Source: Alphaproteobacteria bacterium (lineage in GTDB: Bacteria; Pseudomonadota; Alphaproteobacteria; UBA828). Taken from it: DNA of 64,000 nucleotides. The translations under genes were made by a program, and so were the position numbers. The DNA is taken from positions 3,712,001 to 3,776,000 of the forward strand of contig OZ243972.1 of assembly GCA_965214705.1 (NCBI GenBank), in the 5' to 3' direction. Positions 30,893-39,023 of this stretch are shown one piece after another; position 1 is the stretch's first letter, and each line of letters starts with the position of its first letter. The notes below the pieces were generated by a model that did not search any database, was not told the origin of the DNA, and saw only the letters and a program-made list of their open reading frames with translations.

Positions 30893-31401
30893 GTGGTGAT
30901 GCGGCGGAGACTGCGCACGACCGCCACCGCTCCGGCCGATCGAGCCGCACTCGTGCAGCGGGCGGCTTCACGTTGATAGAGATGCTGTTCGTCCTGTTTC
31001 TCGTGGCGATGATCACCGCGCTGGTGGCGCCCAATACGGAGCGCCTTTACGCAAGCATCGCAGGCAAGACGGACCGCGAATACATCCTGGACCAGTTCGC
31101 GAGCCTCGGCCGAATAGCCCTACGTCACGGTCAGGCCTATGTGGTCTCTCCCCCCGCACCCGATGGGCCGGAGGCGGCCGCAGCCTCATCGGCAGCGCGC
31201 GCCGCCCCGCCGTTCCACGCGGATACCAAGCCCTATGTCATCGACCTGCCGGAGGGTTGGACCATCGACCTTGACCGGCCCCTCGTGATCGGTGCGAACG
31301 GTGTCTGCTTCGGGGCCGAGGTCACCCTGCTTCACGAAGGCAGGATCGAAGCGCGTCTCGCTCTCGAAGCGCCCTACTGCCACGTCGCGGCGCATGCCTA
31401 G
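30877..31401 (+). CDS. gspH: Minor pseudopilin H-like (start uncertain)
   Basis: GFTLIEMLFVL prepilin motif; position in operon. Confidence 0.75.
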   Translation: MFGHDGGDAAETAHDRHRSGRSSRTRAAGGFTLIEMLFVLFLVAMITALVAPNTERLYASIAGKTDREYILDQFASLGRIALRHGQAYVVSPPAPDGPEAAAASSAARAAPPFHADTKPYVIDLPEGWTIDLDRPLVIGANGVCFGAEVTLLHEGRIEARLALEAPYCHVAAHA

Positions 31402-31828
31402 CCAGCCTTCCTCGGCAGGGTCACTGTCTGCAGGCTTCTCGATCCTGGAGACCATGGTTGCGATGGTGATCTTCGCCGGCGCCGCAACGGCGCTCTACGG
31501 CCTCTTCAACACCAACCTGATCGCGCTGGGACGCGCTCACGACGCGTCGCGACAGATGTCGGCGGCCCATCATGCGGTCGAATACCTCGCCGGCATCAAT
31601 CCGCATGAGGAGCGCGCGGGGCAGATAAGCGTGGATGGGATCGACATCGTCTGGTCCGCGACGCTGCTGGAGCCGGTGCGCCAGAGCCAGACCGTGACCG
31701 CAGAGCGCGGGTACTTCGAGGTTGGCCTCTACGAGATCTTGTTCGAGCCGCGTGAAGACGGACGGTCGCTGGGCACCTGGCGATTGCGGGTCCCCGGTTA
31801 CAGGAAAGTGCGGGAGCCGGTGCCGTGA
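31394..31828 (+). CDS. gspI: Minor pseudopilin I-like
   Basis: GFSILETMVAM; position in operon. Confidence 0.75.
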   Translation: MPSQPSSAGSLSAGFSILETMVAMVIFAGAATALYGLFNTNLIALGRAHDASRQMSAAHHAVEYLAGINPHEERAGQISVDGIDIVWSATLLEPVRQSQTVTAERGYFEVGLYEILFEPREDGRSLGTWRLRVPGYRKVREPVP

Positions 31829-32412
31829 CGCGTCGCCGCCGAAGGAGGACAACCCAGGCTGCGCCCCGGGGGCTGACCATGGTGGAAATGCTCGTCGTCC
31901 TGGTTCTGGTCTCGCTCCTGGGCACTCTCGTGATCCAAGGTACGGGTTTCTTCCTCGGCCAGTTCGCAACGGTGAAGCGCGTTCACCGCGAGGCGGCCCA
32001 TGCCGATCTCCGAGATCATTGGTTCGCCTCGACCGTCGAGGCCATCCTGCCATCCCGACAGGAAGCGAGACGCTTCGTCGGCGACGGCACGTTCTTCGAG
32101 GGCGTCACTCTGCAGCCGCTGGCCGCCGCGGCCGGCCGGCCGCTGCACGTTCGCTGGTCCATCGAGGGCGGCCGCGTCCTCTATAGCGAATACGGCGCGG
32201 AGCCCTGGACCATTCTCGGCGAGCAAGGCAGCGGGCTCAGCTTTCAGTATGCCGATTCATCGAGGCAGTGGCTCGAGCGGTGGCCGATAGAGGGGAGCCG
32301 GGAGCACATCCCGCGCATGGTCCGCCTGTTGTCGGCCGACGGCCGGACCCTCTGGCTCGCGCACTTCGACCTCTACCCCGAGCCGGTCCCCAACTACCGG
32401 GAGGAATTCTGA
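31825..32412 (+). CDS. gspJ: Minor pseudopilin J-like
   Basis: GLTMVEMLVVL; C-terminal LSFQY...WP...PRMVRL. Confidence 0.75.
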   Translation: MTRRRRRRTTQAAPRGLTMVEMLVVLVLVSLLGTLVIQGTGFFLGQFATVKRVHREAAHADLRDHWFASTVEAILPSRQEARRFVGDGTFFEGVTLQPLAAAAGRPLHVRWSIEGGRVLYSEYGAEPWTILGEQGSGLSFQYADSSRQWLERWPIEGSREHIPRMVRLLSADGRTLWLAHFDLYPEPVPNYREEF

Positions 32413-33452
32413 TGGTCGGTCGCGCAAACGCGAACGGTTTCGTGCTGGTCGTCACGCTATGGGCGCTGGCAGCGCTCGGGCTGCTCGCCACCTATATCAA
32501 CCATGTGGTGGCGACCGACGTCGACCACGCCATCGAAGAAAAGCGTGCCTTCCAGGCCGAACTCGAACGGCGCAGTACGGAGTCGACGTTGATCTACCTT
32601 CTCGCCACCGGACGCATGAACCATCACGCTCTGATCCTGGAAGAGGAGCAGCAGTTCTTCGATCCGAGGCGCAACCAGACGCCGTCTCCTTTCAACGTTC
32701 GAGGAGAGTTGCAGGTCACCGGCGCCGCCTATGCCGGCCTTGGAGAAACCCGCTTCTCCATCCAGGACGAGGGCGGACTGATTTCGGTCAACGCGCCACG
32801 CTTTCCACCATTCGCGGCCTTTCTGGAACGCATCGGGCTTGCCGAAGAGGATACACGCCAGGTCATCGCCCGGATCGACGACTACATCGACACCGACGAC
32901 ACTCTCAATCTGGGTGGCGCAGAGCGTCAGGATTATCAGCGCCAGGGCAAGGCGCCGCCGCTCAATTGGATCATGTCGAGCCCGATGGAACTCGGCGACG
33001 TTCTCGGTATCGAGAGCCTGATTCCCCGGGAGAGCTGGCCGCGGCTTTGGCCGGTGCTGACGACGCGTCCCGTCTCCAACTACAACTTCAACACCATGCA
33101 TCCCGAAATCCTCGCGGCCGTTCTCGAGCTTGACGCGTACGGCGTGCGCGGCGTTCTCAACGAGCGCGAGAAGGGCCCGCTGACGCGGCAGACCCAGCTA
33201 GCCATGCTGAGCGGTAAGCATCTGGACATCGACGAAATGGAAGTGGCCGTGGTACCGTCGAATTTCCTGAAGTTGGCGGTCTGGCATGAGACCGTGGGGC
33301 CGCGCTCGGTTGTCGGCATCGAACTGACGCCGCTCGGCGAGGTGGCCCCGTGGCGCAAGGATTATCGGTACTCGGAACCTGCTCCCCAGCGCGAAGATTC
33401 GGGCATTCCCAGTGATCCTCCTCTCGAAGCTGCGACGCCTCTTCTTCGGTAA
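32412..33452 (+). CDS. gspK: Minor pseudopilin K
   Basis: GFVLVVTLW, IQDEGGLISVN, DYIDTDD, GAERQDY, NFNT. Confidence 0.88.
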   Translation: MVGRANANGFVLVVTLWALAALGLLATYINHVVATDVDHAIEEKRAFQAELERRSTESTLIYLLATGRMNHHALILEEEQQFFDPRRNQTPSPFNVRGELQVTGAAYAGLGETRFSIQDEGGLISVNAPRFPPFAAFLERIGLAEEDTRQVIARIDDYIDTDDTLNLGGAERQDYQRQGKAPPLNWIMSSPMELGDVLGIESLIPRESWPRLWPVLTTRPVSNYNFNTMHPEILAAVLELDAYGVRGVLNEREKGPLTRQTQLAMLSGKHLDIDEMEVAVVPSNFLKLAVWHETVGPRSVVGIELTPLGEVAPWRKDYRYSEPAPQREDSGIPSDPPLEAATPLLR

Positions 33453-34500
33453 GCCGAACGCCATCCAGACCCAGGCCGGCGCCCGCCGGCTGTCCTTCCG
33501 GTCGTCGATGCCCAACTGGATCGTGGGCCGGGGGCTTTGCATGTTTCGCTGCGAGGACTTCAGCGCTGTTCCCCGCAGTCGGCGCCGCGCGGCGCTGGAG
33601 TTCAAGCTGCCGGTCTGGAGCCCGTTCGAGCGCACCGGCCATCACGCCGTGTGGTCCGGCGGCGTGGCCATGGTCTGGTTTTGGGACAATGACAAGATCG
33701 CCCCGGCCCGCGAGCGTTTCTCCACGCTGTTTCCCAGGACACGAGGCGGCGTTCCGGCGCGCCTTCGAACGCTGCCCGAGACGGTGTTCTACGGGCGAAG
33801 GGCGGATGGGCTTCGCCTGCAGCCCTGCGCCGACGGCTTCGAGCTGCAACGCTGGCGCGCGAACGTGCTGGCCGACTCGTTCTGGTTCCCGGCCTACCCT
33901 CAGGAGAGCCAGCTGAGCTGGTTCGTGGCGCGGCAGGAGGGCGACGGCGGGTCGCCGCCGCTGACCTTCGGAGACATGCCGGCGCCGGCAAGCGACCAGA
34001 TGGCGCGGGAACCGTGGTCCGTTTCCCTCGATCCTCAGGAGTGGTTCGCGGCGAGCGGGGGCACTCTCGCCGCCGCGTGTCTCCTCGCGCTGGTTCTTAT
34101 CGTGCTGTGGCAGGAAGTTCGCTACTGGAAGATCAGCGAGCTGGAAGAAGCCGCGGCGCGGGAGTTCGACCGCTTGCAGGAGCAGCTCACGCCGATCCTC
34201 GAGGCACGCAACGAGCTGATCGACTTGCGCCGAACGAACCAGGCGCTTCTCCAAATTCTGCAAACGCCGTCGCAGGCCCACTTGATGAGCGCGATGGACC
34301 GCGCCATTCCGAGCGCGAACGCGGAGCTACGCGAATGGCGCTACCAGCAGGGAGAGCTCACGGTATCGATCGAGGATCGGCACGCCGATCCCATCGCTTA
34401 CATCCGCGCGCTTGAGGCGGTGCCTCTGTTCACGCAGGTCAAGGCCGAACCGGGCCCCGGTCAGGATCGCCTTGAGATTACCCTGACAGTGCGGGAATGA
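33412..34500 (+). CDS. GspL-like assembly protein
   Basis: Follows gspK; single TM segment followed by a coiled region and a PilN-like tail. Confidence 0.6.
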   Translation: MILLSKLRRLFFGKPNAIQTQAGARRLSFRSSMPNWIVGRGLCMFRCEDFSAVPRSRRRAALEFKLPVWSPFERTGHHAVWSGGVAMVWFWDNDKIAPARERFSTLFPRTRGGVPARLRTLPETVFYGRRADGLRLQPCADGFELQRWRANVLADSFWFPAYPQESQLSWFVARQEGDGGSPPLTFGDMPAPASDQMAREPWSVSLDPQEWFAASGGTLAAACLLALVLIVLWQEVRYWKISELEEAAAREFDRLQEQLTPILEARNELIDLRRTNQALLQILQTPSQAHLMSAMDRAIPSANAELREWRYQQGELTVSIEDRHADPIAYIRALEAVPLFTQVKAEPGPGQDRLEITLTVRE

Positions 34501-35151
34501 AGGGACCGGCGCGCGCGCTTCGTCCGTTCTTCGCGGGGCTCGCCGCGAATGCCCGGCTGCGGTGGGGCGTCCGGCTTATCCTCGGCCTTCTCATCGGCTA
34601 CGCAATCCTGCTGCAGACCGAGCGTCTCGCCGCGGTCCGGAACGACCACGACGCCGAGCTCGAACGTCTCAAGAAAGCCGAGACCCTGCTTGAACAGCAA
34701 GACGCAGTTGATCTGCTCGCAACCGAGCGAGAGAACCAGCGCAAGATCAGGTCGATGTTCTGGCAGGCGGAAACCGAGGGGCTGGCACAGGCTAAGCTTC
34801 AGGCGGCGCTTGCCCAGCTATTCGGCAATTTCGGGTTGACCAAGGTTAAGGGTTGGGCAGGCTCTCTCTCGAGAGCCTGCCCAACCCTTTTGAACGAAGC
34901 CGCGGGCCACGAGAGGCGAAGTTGAGCTATGTGGAAAGTGCGCTGATGTCAGCGTCAGGCGGCATCCACCGGCAGCAGAGTTGCGCATAAAATCGACGCT
35001 CGCGCCGGTCTTTCGGCAGGCATGCGGGCGCACGCTGCGAGGACTGAGCGGGGTGTGAGCCGAGGGCTGTCAGCCCGGCTCAAGCGGAGACAGGTTCGGT
35101 CGTGCGTCGGCGCTTTGGCGCCGTTGCGCGGGGCCGAAGCGAGCGGGCGTC

Positions 35152-36393
35152 TCACGGTTTCCCCCTGTGGGTCGGCGGCAGCGCCGGCGGGCCGCGCGTC
35201 GAGCGGGGCTCATGGCGGCGGCGGATTTCGCGGACGAGGCGCATGACGCCGCCGCAGTGGGGGCAGGCCACGGGCGCGGTGCCGATCTCGGGCTCTTCGT
35301 CGGGCTCGGCCCGAGCGCCGTCCACGCTTCCCTCGGGGGCGGCGCAGCCGAGGGCGCCGAGAGCCTGGCGTGCTCTCTCCAGCGTGCTGGCGCGGCAGCC
35401 GTTGGCGAGGATGCCGAAGTAGCGAATGCGGTGCATGCCGTCCGGCAGGACGTGCCTCAGGAAGCGGCGGATGAACTCGTCGGCGCTCACGGTGGCGATG
35501 CCGTAGCGCGGCTTTCTCTGCCCCGGCGCCTTGGGCTTTCGGTGGCGGAAGGAGACCGTCTCGCCGTCGAAGGAGACGATGCGGCTGTCGGAGATGGCGA
35601 TCCTGTGCGTGTAGTGCGAGAGGTACCGGAAGACCTGCTCAGGCCCGCGGAAGGGCCGCTTGGCGTAGACCACCCAGTCCCTGGCCCGGGCGGCGGCAAG
35701 CGTGGCGTGGAACTCGCCGGGATTGGCGAGGTGGGCGAGGGTGCCGTGGAACTCCAGGTCCCCCCGGCCGTGGGCGCGGGCGAGCTCCTCGAGGAAGAGG
35801 CGGCGGAACAGGCTGCCGAGGACCTTGACGGGGGCGAGGAAGGTGGTGCTCCCCGTCTTCCACTCGCCACTGTCTACGTCGAAGCCCGCGTTGGGCACGA
35901 CCACGTGCAGGTGCGGGTGGAAGCGGAGCTTCTGATCCCAGGTATGGAGGACCGCGGTGCCGCCGATGCGCATGCCGCCGTGGCGGGGATCGGCGGCGAT
36001 GGTGCGCAGGGTCTCGGCGACGGCCCGGAAGAGGATGTCGAACACCACCCTGCGGTTGCAGAAGGCAATGGCGGCAACCTCCTTGGGCAGGGTGAAGACC
36101 ACATGGAAGTAGGGCACCGGCAGGATGTCCCCGGCGCGCTCCTCGCTCCAGAGGTTGGCGGCGAGACCCTGGCAGGTGGGGCAGTGGCGGTTGCGGCAGG
36201 AGTTGAAGAGCGGATGCTCGCGCCCGCAGCCCTCGCAGGCGTACATGTGGCCGCCGAGCACGGCGGTGCGGCACGCCTCGATGGCGCCCATGACCTTGAG
36301 CCGGGCGGCGTCGATGCGCCCTTTGTGGCGCTCACGGAAAGCGGCGCCGGCGCGGCGGAAGATCTCCGCCACGCCCGCGCGTTCGGCCTCCAC
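35152..36393 (-). CDS. IS91-family transposase
   Basis: CRTAVLGGH, NSCRNRHCPTC, HPHLH (HUH), YLSHY (YxxxY), RIRYFG. Confidence 0.92.
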   Translation of the reverse strand: MEAERAGVAEIFRRAGAAFRERHKGRIDAARLKVMGAIEACRTAVLGGHMYACEGCGREHPLFNSCRNRHCPTCQGLAANLWSEERAGDILPVPYFHVVFTLPKEVAAIAFCNRRVVFDILFRAVAETLRTIAADPRHGGMRIGGTAVLHTWDQKLRFHPHLHVVVPNAGFDVDSGEWKTGSTTFLAPVKVLGSLFRRLFLEELARAHGRGDLEFHGTLAHLANPGEFHATLAAARARDWVVYAKRPFRGPEQVFRYLSHYTHRIAISDSRIVSFDGETVSFRHRKPKAPGQRKPRYGIATVSADEFIRRFLRHVLPDGMHRIRYFGILANGCRASTLERARQALGALGCAAPEGSVDGARAEPDEEPEIGTAPVACPHCGGVMRLVREIRRRHEPRSTRGPPALPPTHRGKP

Positions 36394-36399
36394 GCGCCG

Positions 36400-37278
36400 T
36401 CAGTTGCGCAACGCTGCGAAGCCTGAGATCGGGTGGTCGAGGCCCTCGAACATCTTGCCGGTGACGCGGGCGTAGTGACGGGTCGTGTTCGCGCTTCGAT
36501 GGCCGAGCATGTCCCGGATCACCTCGATATCGCCGCCGCGCTCGAGGAGATGGGTCGCCGCCGAATGGCGCAGGCAATGGAAGGTGTAGCTGCGGTCGAG
36601 CTCGGCAATGTCGCGCGCCCTCCTGAAGGCGGCCTGCAAGGTCTCCGTTGCGATGGGCCTGTCGAGCGAGACGCCGTAGAAGAGCCAGCTCGTCGGACGC
36701 GGCCAGATGTTCCTGTAGTAGACGCGCAAGTAGTGGATGACGATGTCCGGCAACGGTGCCATTCTCTCGGTGCCGCCTTTGCCGGAGGGGATGTGCAGCA
36801 GCTTCTTCTCCGACAGGATGTCGCCGACCTTGATGGCCAAGGTCTCGGAGATGCGGAGCCCGCCGCCATAGCCGGTGACAATGGCAGCACGGTGGCGGAG
36901 GTCGGGTGTCGCAAGGATGAGGTGCTCGACCTCCTGCTCCGACATGTAGCGCGGCAGCTTGCCGGGCTTCTTGCGGGAGCGCAGGCCGGCGACATGGTCA
37001 GGCCAGCCGAGTGTGTCGATGTAGAGGAAGTTCAGCGCGGCGAAGGAGACGTTGGTCGTGCCCGGACTGAGCCCCTTGTCGATCCGCCCCAGGTACCACT
37101 GGCGCACCTGCTCGGCGTCGAGCTCGTCCGGCGAGGCGTCGTAGTACCTGGCCAGGTTCTTGATCTCGCAGATGTAGGCCTTGGACGTGCTCGCGGCCAG
37201 ATTGGCGATGCGGAGCTGCTCCTCCATGCGCTGGCGAAGAGGGGTGACGGTGTTCGTGTCGCACGCGGTCCCGGTCAT
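36400..37278 (-). CDS. Tyrosine recombinase/integrase
   Basis: TPLRQRM, GLRISE, GKGG.ER, HCLRHS.ATHLLE, LGH, HY; catalytic set appears intact. Confidence 0.92.
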   Translation of the reverse strand: MTGTACDTNTVTPLRQRMEEQLRIANLAASTSKAYICEIKNLARYYDASPDELDAEQVRQWYLGRIDKGLSPGTTNVSFAALNFLYIDTLGWPDHVAGLRSRKKPGKLPRYMSEQEVEHLILATPDLRHRAAIVTGYGGGLRISETLAIKVGDILSEKKLLHIPSGKGGTERMAPLPDIVIHYLRVYYRNIWPRPTSWLFYGVSLDRPIATETLQAAFRRARDIAELDRSYTFHCLRHSAATHLLERGGDIEVIRDMLGHRSANTTRHYARVTGKMFEGLDHPISGFAALRN

Positions 37279-37748
37279 TATCGATCTCCCTGGATCGCGA
37301 CGGCGCGCCGCCGGACCGATCCGGCGACGGTCCGTCGCAGGGGTCGATGCTAACCACTGGTGATCGGGAGGCTGCTGGGGATCCGCCACCCGACGGGCGG
37401 AGCGCCACTGACGCAACCGGGAAGCGAACGCACAGAACAAACGGCACCCGCGACGCCTCGGAAATGAATGAACTCTACGCCGCTAACTCCGCGTAGCGGC
37501 TTCGTTCAATACCCATTTCCGGTCGGGCTCAGGCCAACCGGTCCCTGACTTGCCGGGGATTTGGAGAATACAAGTCCGCATGGATACCAATTACCGGCCG
37601 GGACTGGAGCTTCGCATACTCCATGCTCTCGCGACCCATCCCAACAAGCTTATCGTCGATCGTCTCGATCTCAAGCGCCACAATCAGAACGAGGCCTATC
37701 TCGTCCTTATCGTTTCATCCTACTTCGTGGGCGTGGCCACACAGGAAA

Positions 37749-39014
37749 CTAGCTGAAGAAAGCGAAATCCTCGGTATTATTGAATGGGAAGCGCAGGGCG
37801 CCGGCCGTGTGCTCGATGCCGAGGTAGCGGCGCAGCGCCTTGTGCACGTGCTTCGGGTAGATGATCGTGCCGTAAGTGTCGTCGCGGCGGAGCGTCGCCG
37901 GGTCGATCTTGTAGGCGAAGTGCAGACCGTCCGTCTCGCCCACCGCGCGCCCGGTCCATGACCGGTTCTTCTCCATGACCACGTAGCTCCCGATCGGCCA
38001 GTGATCCTTGCCGTTCACCGAGTTGTAGAAGTTCGTGCGCCCGAAGTCAGAGCCGATCACCACTACCATGCGGTCGGCCACGCCGTGCTCCTCGGAATAG
38101 TCCCAGAGATAGTCCACCGCATCGGTGAGGTTCTCGAACAGCCACCTATGCGGCGGGTCGTGGTTCGTATGGGTATCGAAGCCGCCGAGCCAGAGATCGG
38201 CGCTCACCGCGACGCCTGTCTTGAAGGCCAGCACCGTCAGCTGCGCCTGCCGGCGCAGGGAGCTGCGGTTGTCTTGCGTTTCCACCGGTTGCTCGAGCTG
38301 GTCCTCCGGCGGGATGGCATCGGCATAGGCCTTCAGCCCCTCGGCAGCGAAGGAGGAGCCATAGAAGCCTAGATGCATCTCATCCCCCGGCAGCAGGTCC
38401 GGGGTCTCAGAAAGACGCGCCACCGTCGCCGCCCGGTGCGACGCCATCGCCTCCCAGTCCTCATCGCTGAAGAACGACCCCATGTCGTCGATGGGAGAGG
38501 CGATCTCGTGCAACAGACGCGGGTCGTCGAGGCGGGTGAAGCGGGTCAGGCCTGCGGTGTTCGAGAAGCCGCCGAAGCTGAGATAAGGCACCGGAAGGGT
38601 CGGGGCATAGTGGGCGGCGCATAGCGCGCCCAGCGTCGGATAGCCCTCGGAGTTCCGCCCGCTCCAGTTGTGGACGATGCCGACCGAGTGCGCGTTCGTC
38701 TGGGCGTCGACGCCGTTGATGACCAGCATCATGCGGTTATACTTCTCGAAGAACGCTTGGTTGCCGGCGAAAGGGGCATAAGTGAGGTTGCCGGCCTGGC
38801 GGATCTCATCGGTCTCCGCCCAGTGGTTGATGACCTTCTCGCCCGGTGTATTGGCCTTGGGGTCGCAGAAGCTGGTGGGGTCCCAGCCGCCGTCGGCCTG
38901 AACGAAGACGAAGAGCTTGCCGGAATGGTCTGCGGCATGGACCAGCGGCAGGCGGAACCCCGGCGCCGCAGCGGCGAGGGCCAGCAGACCCTTGAGCACG
39001 GAGCGTCGGTTCAT
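37749..39014 (-). CDS. DUF1501 family protein with Tat signal
   Basis: MNRRSVLK; GGWDPTSFCDPK, TNAH, GGFDTH, SDFGRT, GKDHW. Confidence 0.85.
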   Translation of the reverse strand: MNRRSVLKGLLALAAAAPGFRLPLVHAADHSGKLFVFVQADGGWDPTSFCDPKANTPGEKVINHWAETDEIRQAGNLTYAPFAGNQAFFEKYNRMMLVINGVDAQTNAHSVGIVHNWSGRNSEGYPTLGALCAAHYAPTLPVPYLSFGGFSNTAGLTRFTRLDDPRLLHEIASPIDDMGSFFSDEDWEAMASHRAATVARLSETPDLLPGDEMHLGFYGSSFAAEGLKAYADAIPPEDQLEQPVETQDNRSSLRRQAQLTVLAFKTGVAVSADLWLGGFDTHTNHDPPHRWLFENLTDAVDYLWDYSEEHGVADRMVVVIGSDFGRTNFYNSVNGKDHWPIGSYVVMEKNRSWTGRAVGETDGLHFAYKIDPATLRRDDTYGTIIYPKHVHKALRRYLGIEHTAGALRFPFNNTEDFAFFS

Positions 39015-39023
39015 CCCGGCCTC

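Larger units (their letters stand above)
34844..37509 (-). mobile_element. IS91-like element (tyrosine recombinase + HUH/Y2 transposase)
   Basis: Limits set by gspM reconstitution (CAA at both junctions); 14-bp IR TTGAACGAAGCCGC at 34890-903 and 37496-509; 19-bp hairpin at 34848-34889. Confidence 0.85.
34497..37756 (+). pseudogene. GspM-like protein interrupted by an IS91-like element
   Basis: 34497-34843 joined to 37510-37756 gives an open 197-aa frame (...FGLT-N-THFRSGSGQPVPDLPGIWRIQ...). Confidence 0.75.

Noticed and set aside
34848-34889. Hairpin as a Rho-independent terminator, group II intron end or attC site
   Set aside because: It lies within the IS91-like element end; there is no reverse transcriptase, intron domain V or cassette array. 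Incidental terminator activity (a T run follows the stem) is not excluded.
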